Assembly (NCBI RefSeq): GCF_014252315.1
Contig: NZ_CP059216.1
Span: 30,001 to 62,000, forward strand
Length of the DNA stretch: 32,000 bases
Reading direction: 5' to 3'
Source: Candidatus Saccharimonadota bacterium
Lineage (GTDB): Bacteria; Bacteroidota; Bacteroidia; Flavobacteriales; Blattabacteriaceae
Part shown: positions 1 to 9,716 of the stretch, piece by piece
Position numbering within the stretch: position 1 is the first letter of the stretch
How the letters are laid out: each line of letters begins with the position of its first letter
Made by a program: the position numbers and the translations under genes
Notes under the pieces: generated by a model
The model's database searches: none
Told to the model about the DNA's origin: nothing
What the model saw: only the letters and a program-made list of their open reading frames with translations

Positions 1-1
1 A

Positions 2-907
2 ATTAGTTCTTTTACAGATAAAATTGGTTATATATTTTTTTCTAATGTATTATCTTCTTTTATTAACTTTATATTAATAATTCCTATTATAATTCAGGAA
101 TTACAATTTTCTAATTTTAAAAAATCTGTGGCAAAAAAAATGATAAATTATAGTTTTTCTATTATGCTTGGAACTATAGCCTTTTCTATAAATGAAAATT
201 TAGATAAAATTTTAATTAAAAGATGGGGTTCAGATGAAATTAATGGATCATATTCCGCATGTTATAAAATAGCTTCTTTTATGAGTATGTATACAAGAAT
301 GTTCAAATTAGGAATTGAACCATTTTTTTTTAAAAAATCTAAAGAATATAATGCAAAATGTTATTATGAAGATATTATTTATTTATTTATTTTATTTGGA
401 TTAATTTTTTATGTTTTAACATGTGGAAATATGTCTTGGGGAATAAATATTTTAATAAATAAAAAATATCATACAGCAATGCATATTATTCCTATAATTA
501 TGATGGCAAATTTATTTTTAGGTATATATACAAATTTATCAATATTTTATAAAATTATTGATAAACCTTTTATAGGAACTTATATATCATTAATAGGAGT
601 AATAATTACATTTTTATTTAATATGATTTTTATATTACTTCCTAATAATAATTTTATAATACCTGCTTGGGGTACTTTTATATCTTATGGTTCTATGCTT
701 TTTGTTATGTTTTTTTGGAGTAAAAAAAACTTTGGAAAAATTTTTTATAAAATAGAAAATATTTTAATTCATTTTTTAATAACAATTACTATTGTATACA
801 TAATGAATAGAAATTCTATTATAGAATTAAATTTTGTTATTCAATTATTATATTTGATATTCATTATATTTTTTGAAAAAAAAAGATTATTAACTTTAAT
901 AAAGTGA
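2..907 (+). CDS. Polysaccharide/oligosaccharide flippase family membrane protein (MOP/Wzx-like), 3' part; the gene starts left of the window
   Basis: The reading frame is open from nt 2 with no stop before the GTG at 128 that the ORF track used as a start. The product is highly hydrophobic with many predicted TM helices and a composition typical of polysaccharide biosynthesis or flippase C-terminal halves. It ends at TGA 905-907. Confidence 0.55.
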   Translation: MSSFTDKIGYIFFSNVLSSFINFILIIPIIIQELQFSNFKKSVAKKMINYSFSIMLGTIAFSINENLDKILIKRWGSDEINGSYSACYKIASFMSMYTRMFKLGIEPFFFKKSKEYNAKCYYEDIIYLFILFGLIFYVLTCGNMSWGINILINKKYHTAMHIIPIIMMANLFLGIYTNLSIFYKIIDKPFIGTYISLIGVIITFLFNMIFILLPNNNFIIPAWGTFISYGSMLFVMFFWSKKNFGKIFYKIENILIHFLITITIVYIMNRNSIIELNFVIQLLYLIFIIFFEKKRLLTLIK

Positions 908-1278
908 AAAATACTTCAAAACAAAAAAATTTTTTTCCAAAAATATTTTGTAATATAAATAATTCAATATCCATAGATTTTATGAATAGAAAATTAATTT
1001 CTACAGGACTTTATGTTTGTTCAAATTTTATTAAAAAATATCACTTTTTTATAAAAAAAATATTTGTAAATGCATTTTGTATAATTCATATTCAAAAAAA
1101 TATGGGACTTAAAATAGTTATAATAAATATTATACCTGAAACAAAAACTATTATTAATTATAAAGAAAAAATAGTTATAATAGATATATTACCTATAATT
1201 AATATAAATTGGATAGAATCATCTATTTTGAACAAAAGTAAAAGAGGGGAAAATTGTTTTGGAAGTACTGGAATATAA
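904..1278 (+). CDS. dut: dUTPase-like protein, strongly degenerate (possible relic or pseudogene that is still an open frame)
   Basis: The C-terminus KRGENCFGSTGI matches dUTPase motif 5 (RGxxGFGSTG). An STGL segment and a gapless match to the GxxDxDYRGE...N block (CIIHIQKNMGLKIVIIN) sit at the expected spacing, but the catalytic residues are replaced. The product is 124 aa against about 140-150 aa for typical dUTPases. The only full-length start is GTG, overlapping the upstream TGA (GTGA). Confidence 0.5.
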   Translation: MKNTSKQKNFFPKIFCNINNSISIDFMNRKLISTGLYVCSNFIKKYHFFIKKIFVNAFCIIHIQKNMGLKIVIINIIPETKTIINYKEKIVIIDILPIININWIESSILNKSKRGENCFGSTGI

Positions 1279-1289
1279 AAAAAATATAA

Positions 1290-2309
1290 ATGAAAATTTT
1301 AATTCCTATAGCTGGAAAAGCTTCTCGTCTATATCCTCATACATTATATACTCCTAAAGCTTTTTTATCCATTGTCGGAAAATCAATTTTAAAAAGATTA
1401 CTAGATAACTTAACTGAGTTAATTAATTTTTTTTCTGTAAAAGAAATTATATTTATAATAAATAAAAATAAAATAAAAATAGAAGAAAAACTAAAAAAAT
1501 TAACATATGATATAGGAATACGTTCAATTATATATTATCAAAAAAATCCATTAGGAACAGCTGATGCTATATTAAAAGCTAAAGATTCTCTAAATGGACC
1601 AATAATTATTATATTTTCTGATATACTTATTAATAAAATTTATTTCAAAGATAAAATAAATAAAAATTGTGAAAATATCATATGGACTAAAAAAGTTAAA
1701 AATCCTCATTCATTTGGTGTTGTAAAATGTAATACTAATGGAATAATTACAAATTTTGTAGAAAAACCTAAAAATTTTATTTCTAACATGGCTATTGTGG
1801 GACTTTATTATTTTAAAAATAGTCTTCTTTTAAAAAAAGAAATAGAATATATAATAAATAACAAAATAAAAAATAATAAAGAATATCAATTAACATTAGT
1901 ATTAAACAATATGATAAAAAAAGGAGTAAAATTTTTTAATCAATCTGTTAAAAACTGGTTAGATTTTGGAAATAAAAAAAATATTATTTTATCAAATTCA
2001 AAAATATTATCAATGGAATTTAAAAATAAATCTAAGTTAATTCATAAAAAAACAATACTAAAAAATAGTATAATTATAAATCCATGTTACATAGAAAAAA
2101 ATACAAAAATAGAAAATAGTGTTATAGGTCCATATGTGTCAATAGGAAAATTTACAACTATAAAAAATAGTAACATTAGAAATTCATTAATTCAAAACTA
2201 TTCAAAAATTATTTTTTCTAATATGGAAAATAGTATAATAGGAAACCATACTACTTATAAATGTATATCTAAAGAAATAAATCTAGGAGATTATTCAACA
2301 ATATTTTAA
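1290..2309 (+). CDS. Sugar-phosphate nucleotidyltransferase with a C-terminal left-handed beta-helix-like region
   Basis: The N-terminus MKILIPIAGKASRLYPHTLYTPKAFL resembles the NTP-transferase signature (GxGxRLxPxTxxxPK). The C-terminus has hexapeptide-like I/V-G-x repeats (NSVIGPYVSIGKFTTIKNSNIRNSLI). Confidence 0.75.
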   Translation: MKILIPIAGKASRLYPHTLYTPKAFLSIVGKSILKRLLDNLTELINFFSVKEIIFIINKNKIKIEEKLKKLTYDIGIRSIIYYQKNPLGTADAILKAKDSLNGPIIIIFSDILINKIYFKDKINKNCENIIWTKKVKNPHSFGVVKCNTNGIITNFVEKPKNFISNMAIVGLYYFKNSLLLKKEIEYIINNKIKNNKEYQLTLVLNNMIKKGVKFFNQSVKNWLDFGNKKNIILSNSKILSMEFKNKSKLIHKKTILKNSIIINPCYIEKNTKIENSVIGPYVSIGKFTTIKNSNIRNSLIQNYSKIIFSNMENSIIGNHTTYKCISKEINLGDYSTIF

Positions 2310-2361
2310 ATATTTAAAATATTTTATTACATTTGTTGAATAAATTCCTATTTTTTTATTA

Positions 2362-2583
2362 ATGGATTTTTATTGGATTCTTTTTATATTACTTGGAACT
2401 TTTGGAACTACAGAAATAGTAGTTATAGTTATTCTTGCACTTTTACTTTTCGGAGGAAAAAAAATACCAGAGTTAATGAAAGGATTGGGAACTGGTTTAA
2501 AAGAATTCAAAAAAGCTTCTGAATCTGATGAAGATTCACATTCACAACACAAATCTAACAATAACTCTGATACTGAGAAATAA
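2362..2583 (+). CDS. tatA: Twin-arginine translocase subunit TatA/E
   Basis: The 73 aa product has a single N-terminal TM helix followed by an amphipathic helix, [26 protein letters not shown], which is the classic TatA hinge and APH. The C-terminal tail is acidic. Confidence 0.9.
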   Translation: MDFYWILFILLGTFGTTEIVVIVILALLLFGGKKIPELMKGLGTGLKEFKKASESDEDSHSQHKSNNNSDTEK

Positions 2584-2659
2584 TTTTTTTCTAATTTTTT
2601 AAATATTTTTTTTAATAAATTTTTAATTATTTTTTAAAGTAAATAAAAATCTTATATAA

Positions 2660-3793
2660 ATGACAATAACGAAAAATATTATGTTTTTCATGTTTATATT
2701 AAAAAGTTTATTTAGTTTATTAAAACCGTTTAATTATAATACAATACAATTAAAAAAATTTTTATATCTATATCAAAGAAATAAAAATAATGCTTTATCA
2801 GTAAAAAAAATAAATAAAAAAAATATAAGCAATATAAAAATAAAAAATTTTAAAAAATCAAAAAGTAAAAATATTCATTATAAAAATAAAATTGTTAAAA
2901 ACAATAAAAAAAAACCAATTCTTAATATAAGTAGAAATGAATTAAAATCAAGATTATCTAAAATGAATGAAAAATCTAGAATTAGAATTTTCAATTATAA
3001 TAATATTGTATATAATACTGTTATAAAGTATTTACATATGGAATCAAGATTGGAAAGTTTAATTTCATTAGCAAAATATTATTTTCCTTTGTTCGAAGAA
3101 AAATTAGAAAAATATAATTTACCAATAGAATTAAAATATTTAGCAATTATAGAATCCAGTTTAAATCCAATAATAACTTCTAAATCAGGAGCAAAAGGTA
3201 TTTGGCAATTTATGCCTAAAACCGGAAAATTATACAATTTAAATGTTGTAAGAGATATTTATGATGAAAGAAGTGATCCTATTAAATCTACAGAAGCAGC
3301 TTGTCGTTATTTAAAATATTTACATAAAAATACAGGGAATTGGGAGTTAGCTTTAGCAGCTTATAATTCTGGTCCAGATATAGTTGTTAAAATTTTAAAA
3401 CGTTATAGAAAAAAAAATTTTTGGTCTTTATGGAGACTCTTTCCAAAAGAAACACAATATTATGTTCCTAAATTCATTGCCATAAATTATATAATGAATT
3501 TTTATAAAAGCCATAATATGTTTCATGAAAATATTTATAAATATTTAAATCGTTATTATTCAGAATATATAATTAGAGAATCAATATTAATTCCTATAAA
3601 AAAAATAAAGAAAAAAATTACCATTATATCTTTTTCTGACATATTACGTCTTTATATTAAAGAATTAATAGGATCAACCTCTTATTATACTACCATAATA
3701 CATATGGAATATTTTGATAAAATTTTTTTTCTAAGATTACCAAGAGATAAATTATCTATTTTGAAAAATAAAGAGATTATTCATGAAAATTAA
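2660..3793 (+). CDS. Lytic murein transglycosylase (SLT domain, MltD-like)
   Basis: SLT catalytic block AIIESSLNP...GAKGIWQFMPKTG...AAYNSGP. The N-terminus is a hydrophobic signal or anchor followed by a Lys/Asn-rich low-complexity linker. Confidence 0.85.
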   Translation: MTITKNIMFFMFILKSLFSLLKPFNYNTIQLKKFLYLYQRNKNNALSVKKINKKNISNIKIKNFKKSKSKNIHYKNKIVKNNKKKPILNISRNELKSRLSKMNEKSRIRIFNYNNIVYNTVIKYLHMESRLESLISLAKYYFPLFEEKLEKYNLPIELKYLAIIESSLNPIITSKSGAKGIWQFMPKTGKLYNLNVVRDIYDERSDPIKSTEAACRYLKYLHKNTGNWELALAAYNSGPDIVVKILKRYRKKNFWSLWRLFPKETQYYVPKFIAINYIMNFYKSHNMFHENIYKYLNRYYSEYIIRESILIPIKKIKKKITIISFSDILRLYIKELIGSTSYYTTIIHMEYFDKIFFLRLPRDKLSILKNKEIIHEN

Positions 3794-3838
3794 CTTTTCA
3801 ATTTTTTGTATTATTAAGTATCAATTTATTTTATTATA

Positions 3839-4831
3839 ATGATTCTTATGAAAGAAAAAATTGAACGAAAAAAAAAATTTCTAGATTCTGTATTAGAAAA
3901 AATGAATAAAATATATGGAAAAGGTACAGTAATGAAAATGGGAGATTCTAATTTAGATAATCTAGAAACTATATCTTCAGGATCAATAAGTTTAGACATT
4001 GCATTAGGAATAAAAGGACTACCAAAAGGTCGTATTATTGAGATATTTGGACCTGAATCATCAGGAAAAACTACATTAGCATTACATGCAATTACTCAAT
4101 CTCAAAAATTAGGTGGATTTGCTAGTTTTATTGATGCTGAACATGCTTTCGATTGTTTTTATGCAGAAAAAATAGGAGTTAACATAAAAGAACTAATTAT
4201 ATCTCAACCGGATAATGGAGAACAAGCTTTAGAAATAGTAGATAATTTAATTAGATCTGAAGTAATAGATATAATAGTAGTAGATTCTGTTGCAGCTTTA
4301 ACTCCAAAAAGTGAAATAGAAGGAGAAATGGGGGATTCAAAAATAGGATTACAAGCTAGATTGATGTCACAAGCTTTAAGAAAATTAACTTCTAGTATAG
4401 GAAAATCTAATAGTATTTTGATATTTATTAATCAATTAAGAGAAAAAATAGGAGTATATGGAAATCCAGAAGTAACTACAGGAGGAAACGCTTTGAAATT
4501 TTATTCATCTATAAGATTAGATATAAGAAAGGGAATTCAAATTAAAAATGGAGAAAAAATATTAGGAAATAGAACTAGAGTAAAAGTAGTAAAAAATAAA
4601 TTATCTACTCCTTTTAAAATAGCTGAATTTGATATTATATATGGTGAAGGGATCTCAAAAGCAGGAGAAATATTAGATCTTGGAGTAGACTTAGGTATTA
4701 TTAAAAAAAATGGATCTTGGTTTAGTTATGGAAATACTAGATTAGGACAAGGAAGAGATTCTGTAAAAGAATTTTTAAAAAATGATAAGAACACAATGAA
4801 CAATATATACAAAAATATAATAAAATTTTAA
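3839..4831 (+). CDS. recA: Recombinase RecA
   Basis: Walker [14 protein letters not shown], followed by [16 protein letters not shown] and NQLREKIGV...[10 protein letters not shown]. The start could instead be the ATG at 3848. Confidence 0.97.
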   Translation: MILMKEKIERKKKFLDSVLEKMNKIYGKGTVMKMGDSNLDNLETISSGSISLDIALGIKGLPKGRIIEIFGPESSGKTTLALHAITQSQKLGGFASFIDAEHAFDCFYAEKIGVNIKELIISQPDNGEQALEIVDNLIRSEVIDIIVVDSVAALTPKSEIEGEMGDSKIGLQARLMSQALRKLTSSIGKSNSILIFINQLREKIGVYGNPEVTTGGNALKFYSSIRLDIRKGIQIKNGEKILGNRTRVKVVKNKLSTPFKIAEFDIIYGEGISKAGEILDLGVDLGIIKKNGSWFSYGNTRLGQGRDSVKEFLKNDKNTMNNIYKNIIKF

Positions 4832-4842
4832 TATATAAATAA

Positions 4843-5619
4843 ATGAAAATTACTTTTTTAGGTACTGGAAATTCTATTGGTATTCCTATTATTGGATCTA
4901 AACATCCTGTTTGTTTATCAAATAATTCAAAAGACAAAAGATTAAGAAGTTCAATTATAATTGAAATAAACAATAAATATTTTTTAATAGATTGTAGTCC
5001 AGATTTTAGATATCAAATGTTAAAAAATAATTATAATAAAATAGATGCTATTTTGATTACTCATGAACATTATGATCACATAGGAGGATTAGAAGATATT
5101 AGACCAATTAATAATAAAAATAATAAAGAATTTATATCTATTCCAATATATAGTTCACAAAGGGTATTAGAAAATATAAAAAAAAGACTTTTTTATATTT
5201 ATAATAAAAAAACAAATATTATAAAAGTAAATTTATTAAAAATAGAAAAAAATTATAATTGTTTTTCAATTTTAAATGAAAAAGTATATCCATTATTTAT
5301 ATGGCACGGATTACTTCCAATATTAGGATTTCGTATAAAAAATTTTGCATATATAATAGATGCAAGTTTCATACCAAATTCTACTATTAGAAAACTAAAT
5401 GGATTGGATATATTGATTTTAAATATTTTTAAAAAAAAACATAACAAAAATATTATTTCATTTTCTAATTTATTTTCACAAACTTTAAAATTTATTCGTA
5501 CTATTCGTCCTAAAAAAGTTTATTTAACACATATTAGTAACACATTTGGATTTCATGAAAAAATACAAAAAAATTTACCTAAAAATATTTACTTAGCTTA
5601 TGATGGGTTAATTATCTGA
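4843..5619 (+). CDS. MBL-fold metallo-hydrolase (PhnP-like)
   Basis: N-terminus MKITFLGTGNS and the metallo-beta-lactamase motif THEHYDHIGG (HxHxDH). Confidence 0.8.
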   Translation: MKITFLGTGNSIGIPIIGSKHPVCLSNNSKDKRLRSSIIIEINNKYFLIDCSPDFRYQMLKNNYNKIDAILITHEHYDHIGGLEDIRPINNKNNKEFISIPIYSSQRVLENIKKRLFYIYNKKTNIIKVNLLKIEKNYNCFSILNEKVYPLFIWHGLLPILGFRIKNFAYIIDASFIPNSTIRKLNGLDILILNIFKKKHNKNIISFSNLFSQTLKFIRTIRPKKVYLTHISNTFGFHEKIQKNLPKNIYLAYDGLII

Positions 5620-5648
5620 TTTGTATAATAAAATTTATAAAATAACAT

Positions 5649-7058
5649 ATGCAATTTTTTAAAAAAATATTGTTTTCTACTAAAACAACTGCTATTTTAT
5701 TTTTGTCATTATCTATATCAATGGCTTTTGCTACTTTTATAGAAAATAAATATTCTACCAATATAGCAAAAACATTTATATATGAATCCACTTGGTTTGA
5801 AATATTAATATTAATAATTATATTAAACTTAATTGGAAATATATATAAATATAAACTTTGGAATAAAAAAAAAATACCAATTTTAATTTTTCATTTATCA
5901 TTCATAATTATTTTTATAGGAGGATTTTTATCTAGATATTTTAGTAATGAAGGAACAATTTATTTAAGAAAAGGATTTATAAATAATAAAGTTTTTTCTA
6001 ATAAAAATTATATAAAAATTGGAATAAATTATAAAAATAAAAAAAAACTTTATTACGAACCTTATAATTTATCTTATTTAAATAAGAATTATGAAAATAA
6101 ATTTTTTATTGATGAAAAAAATTTATTAAAAATAAAAATAATAAATTATATACCATGTGCAAAAATATTCATTTCAAAAAAAAATCCAATTGAAAAAATA
6201 ATAAAAATTATTTCTATAAATGAAGGAGAAAGAATAGAATCATTTATTGAAAATAAAAAATTTCTTAAAATAAACAATATTTATTTTTCATTAAACAAAA
6301 ATAATAAAAATGGAATAAAAATTTTTGAAAAAGAAGGAAAAACATATATAAAATCTACATTTCCAATTAAACGTGTTGATATGATAAATGGAAAACATTT
6401 TTTTATAAATAAAAATAAAACTAATATTTTAAAAAAAAAATGTTTATACGAAACTTATATTAATTCTAAAAAAAAAATTTATTGGGTAATACCTGAAGGT
6501 ATTATAAAAGGAGAACTAAAATATGTTAAATCTTGTAAAAAAGAGGATGAAAAAAATACATCAAATATTTTTTATATTACAGCTAATATTTTTTTTCATG
6601 ATAAAAATAGAATAATTAATTTTATTGGAAAAAAAAATAATATAAAAATGAGTTTACCAATTACTATTGATAATTACAAAATATCTATAGGATATGGCTC
6701 TATATATTGGGATCTTCCTTTTTATTTAAGTTTAAATAACTTTATTGTAAAAAATTACCCAGGATCTGATTTCCCATCTTATTATACTAGCAATTTAACA
6801 TTGAAAGATAATAACATTAGTAAAAATTATACTATATATATGAATAAAATTTTAAAATATAAAGGATATAGACTTTTTCAATCTGGATATGATCCAGATA
6901 AAAAAGGTACACATATTATTGTTAATAATGATTGGATAGGAACTATTTTTTCTTACGTAGGATATTTGTTTATGATTATTGGAATGTTATTTACAATATT
7001 TTGTAAAGGATCTAGATTTAATTATCTTAAAAATAAATTAAAACACTATGGAAATTAA
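5649..7058 (+). CDS. resB: Cytochrome c biogenesis protein ResB/Ccs1 (system II)
   Basis: The architecture is N-terminal TM helices (one with a conserved His, IFHLSFIIIFIGG), a large soluble domain and a C-terminal TM helix. The gene lies immediately upstream of ccsA and overlaps it by 11 nt. Confidence 0.75.
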   Translation: MQFFKKILFSTKTTAILFLSLSISMAFATFIENKYSTNIAKTFIYESTWFEILILIIILNLIGNIYKYKLWNKKKIPILIFHLSFIIIFIGGFLSRYFSNEGTIYLRKGFINNKVFSNKNYIKIGINYKNKKKLYYEPYNLSYLNKNYENKFFIDEKNLLKIKIINYIPCAKIFISKKNPIEKIIKIISINEGERIESFIENKKFLKINNIYFSLNKNNKNGIKIFEKEGKTYIKSTFPIKRVDMINGKHFFINKNKTNILKKKCLYETYINSKKKIYWVIPEGIIKGELKYVKSCKKEDEKNTSNIFYITANIFFHDKNRIINFIGKKNNIKMSLPITIDNYKISIGYGSIYWDLPFYLSLNNFIVKNYPGSDFPSYYTSNLTLKDNNISKNYTIYMNKILKYKGYRLFQSGYDPDKKGTHIIVNNDWIGTIFSYVGYLFMIIGMLFTIFCKGSRFNYLKNKLKHYGN

Positions 7059-8859
7059 TAAAAAAAATTTCTATTTTATATTTTTCATATTATTATCAAT
7101 CAGTAATTTTATATATTCTAATCCATTACATAAACATAATAAAATTAACAACAATAGTAATAATGATATACATAAAAGAAACTATTATGATATAAAAAAT
7201 ATTTACGATTATGTTAATATATCTAAAAAACATGCAGATAATTTTGGTAGAATATTAGTTCAAGATTATAATGGTAGAATTAAACCAATTAATACTATTG
7301 CTGTTGAATTATTAAGAAAAATTTATAAAAAAGATTATATAGGAAATATAAATGCTAATCAATGGTTTATATCAATTCATCAAGATAATGTTTTTTGGAT
7401 GAAAGTTCCTTTTATAAGGATAGAAAAAAATGTAATAAATGAATTATCTAAAAAAATTAATATATATGATAAAAAAAATTATGTATCATTAATGGATTTT
7501 TATACAATAGATCCAATAACATTAAAATTAAAATTTGTTTTACAGGATGATTATGAAAAATCTTTTTCTAAAGATCCATCAGATAGAAACGAATATGAAA
7601 AATCTATTATTCGTGTTATTGAAAGAGTTGGAATTATACATGGAATTTTTCAAGGAAAATATATTAGAATTTTTCCAATACCAAACGATATAAATCAAAC
7701 TTGGTCTAGTTGGATTAGACCAGACAATAAAAAACTAAATCCTTCAGGTTTTATTATGTTTAGTGAATATTTAAAATCTTTATTTAATTCTCAAATTAAA
7801 AAAGATTGGAAAATAGCTGATAAAGAATTAAATAAAATAAAATATTATCAAAATAAATATGCTAAATCTATTTTACCTACAGAAAAAAAAATATCTGCGG
7901 AAATTTTTTATAACAAAATAAATATATTCTATTATTTGATATTTTTATATGCTATTATAGGAGGTTTTATTACTTTAAATTCATTTTTAAAAATATTTAT
8001 AAAAAAAAAATATATTTTATTTTTTAACAAAATATTATCTTTTATTTTATTTTTTTTATTTATTTCTAATTTTTTAGGATTAATTACTAGATGGTATATT
8101 TCTAATCATGCACCATGGACTAATGGATATGAATCTACTGTTTTTATAAGCTTTTGTGTTTCAGGAACCGGTTTTTTATTCTATAGAAATTCATTTATAC
8201 TAGGATTAACCTCTTTAATTTCATCCATTTTATTAATGATTGCTCATGGAAATATAATGGATCCAGAAATAACAAATTTAGTTCCAGTTTTAAAATCTTT
8301 TTGGCTTATCATACATGTAGCAACAATAACATTAAGTTATGGATTTTTTATTACGGGAGCTTTATTAGGTTTTTTAGTATTAATTTTTTGTATTATAAAA
8401 AAATGTTTTCCTATTAAAAAACTTGAGATTTCAACACAAATATACAAATTAACTATAATTAATGAAATGTGTCTCATTATAGGTATATTTTTATTAACTA
8501 TAGGAACAATATTAGGAGCTATATGGGCTAATAATAGTTGGGGAAGATATTGGAGTTGGGATCCTAAAGAAACATGGGCTCTTATTAGTATAATGATTTA
8601 TGCATTTGTATTACATACACGTCTAATTTCATTTATGAAAAATAAAGTTATTTTCAATTTTTTAAGTGTATTATCTATAATTTCTATAATTATGACTTAT
8701 TTTGGAGTAAATTACTATTTATCTGGACTTCATTCTTATGCAAAAGGAGATTCTATATATATTTCAAATTGTATATATTATGGATTAATAATTTTATTTA
8801 TTATTTCTGGTATTGCATATTTTTTAGAGGAAAAATATAAAAAAGAAAAATTATTTTAA
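7048..8859 (+). CDS. ccsA: Cytochrome c biogenesis protein CcsA (heme-handling, system II)
   Basis: Trp-rich heme-handling motif WGRYWSWDPKETWA. The C-terminal half is polytopic with conserved His residues, and the N-terminal extracytoplasmic extension is about 290 aa. Confidence 0.9.
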   Translation: MEINKKNFYFIFFILLSISNFIYSNPLHKHNKINNNSNNDIHKRNYYDIKNIYDYVNISKKHADNFGRILVQDYNGRIKPINTIAVELLRKIYKKDYIGNINANQWFISIHQDNVFWMKVPFIRIEKNVINELSKKINIYDKKNYVSLMDFYTIDPITLKLKFVLQDDYEKSFSKDPSDRNEYEKSIIRVIERVGIIHGIFQGKYIRIFPIPNDINQTWSSWIRPDNKKLNPSGFIMFSEYLKSLFNSQIKKDWKIADKELNKIKYYQNKYAKSILPTEKKISAEIFYNKINIFYYLIFLYAIIGGFITLNSFLKIFIKKKYILFFNKILSFILFFLFISNFLGLITRWYISNHAPWTNGYESTVFISFCVSGTGFLFYRNSFILGLTSLISSILLMIAHGNIMDPEITNLVPVLKSFWLIIHVATITLSYGFFITGALLGFLVLIFCIIKKCFPIKKLEISTQIYKLTIINEMCLIIGIFLLTIGTILGAIWANNSWGRYWSWDPKETWALISIMIYAFVLHTRLISFMKNKVIFNFLSVLSIISIIMTYFGVNYYLSGLHSYAKGDSIYISNCIYYGLIILFIISGIAYFLEEKYKKEKLF

Positions 8860-8871
8860 AATAATTATACG

Positions 8872-9678
8872 GTGAGTATTTATTCTTTTTTTTTCGAAAA
8901 AAATAAAAATAATAAAAAAAATAAATTAATAAATAAAATAAAAATTTTTTTTAGATATAAAGATGCATTAGGTAATCTTTATTTTATAAAACGTTTGTTA
9001 ATTTTTTTTTTAGGATATATTTCTTACAATAAATGTAATGGATTCAATGATCTTAAATTAGAAGGTACTGAAAATATTAAAAATCTTCCTGATAAAAAAG
9101 TATTATTTATATCAAACCATCAAACATATTTTATAGACGTATTTGCAATGTTTCATGTTTTTTTTAGCGTAAAAAATGGTTTTATAAAAAATGTTAACAA
9201 TCCAATATATCTTTTCAATCCAAAACTAAATTTATATTATGTAGCAGCTAAAGAAACTATGAAAAGTAGTTTCTTATCAAAAATATTTGTTTACTTAGGA
9301 GGAATTACCGTAAAAAGAGTGTGGAAAGAAAAAAATAAAAAAATGAATAGATTATTATCTGAAATAAATCTAATGGGTAAAGCTTTAAATGATGGATGGT
9401 TAATTACTTTTCCACAAGGAACTACAAAAGAGTTTTCTCCTGGAAGAAGAGGAATTGTTCATGTTATAAAAAAATATAATCCTATTGTAGTTCCAATAGT
9501 AATAAACGGATTTAAAGATGCTTATGATAAAAAAGGAATAAAAATAAAAAAAAAAGGAATTATACAAAAAATGAAAATTAAAAATCCTGTTCAATTAAAT
9601 ATAAAAAATGAAAATGTAAATAATATCATGGATAAAATAATGGATTCAATAGAACAATCTGATAAATATAAAAAATAA
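8872..9678 (+). CDS. Lysophospholipid (1-acyl-sn-glycerol-3-phosphate) acyltransferase family protein
   Basis: Acyltransferase blocks SNHQTYFID and FPQGTT. GTG at 8872 is the only plausible start, because an in-frame stop (the ccsA TAA) lies 12 nt upstream and there is no nearby in-frame ATG. Confidence 0.72.
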   Translation: MSIYSFFFEKNKNNKKNKLINKIKIFFRYKDALGNLYFIKRLLIFFLGYISYNKCNGFNDLKLEGTENIKNLPDKKVLFISNHQTYFIDVFAMFHVFFSVKNGFIKNVNNPIYLFNPKLNLYYVAAKETMKSSFLSKIFVYLGGITVKRVWKEKNKKMNRLLSEINLMGKALNDGWLITFPQGTTKEFSPGRRGIVHVIKKYNPIVVPIVINGFKDAYDKKGIKIKKKGIIQKMKIKNPVQLNIKNENVNNIMDKIMDSIEQSDKYKK

Positions 9679-9716
9679 TAAGTAATAGATTAATAAAAAA
9701 TTATATAAAACAACAG

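Noticed and set aside
905-907. Possible UGA-to-Trp recoding (genetic code 4), as seen in some tiny symbiont genomes.
   Set aside because: TGA terminates several well-delimited genes at the expected protein ends: the flippase at 905-907, the MBL hydrolase at 5617-5619, alaS at 12387-12389 and sucC at 19103-19105. Conserved Trp positions, such as the CcsA WGRYWSWD motif near 8538-8561, are encoded by TGG. The standard code 11 fits.
2370-2561. Antisense ORFs nested entirely within well-supported genes: 2370-2561, 4737-4973, 5253-5447, 9400-9594, 11422-11625, 15359-15622, 15928-16140 and 26798-27163, all on the minus strand.
   Set aside because: Each lies inside, or almost inside, a CDS with strong motif support on the opposite strand. 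Their products are low-complexity F/I/N/K-rich strings with no recognisable motifs. Their length is consistent with chance, given that each simply mirrors a real coding frame.
2760-2960. Lys/Asn-rich repetitive-looking stretches suggesting tandem repeats or a CRISPR-like array. Examples are the transglycosylase N-terminal linker and the sucB linker at 15420-15480.
   Set aside because: These are low-complexity coding sequences (AAA/AAT codons) within intact reading frames. They have no defined repeat unit or spacer periodicity.
5649-8859. resB and ccsA as a frameshift-split version of a fused CcsBA gene, since they overlap by 11 nt in different frames.
   Set aside because: Both ORFs look architecturally complete. 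ResB has its C-terminal TM helix, and CcsA has its own N-terminal hydrophobic segment. Separate, adjacent resB and ccsA genes are a normal system II arrangement.
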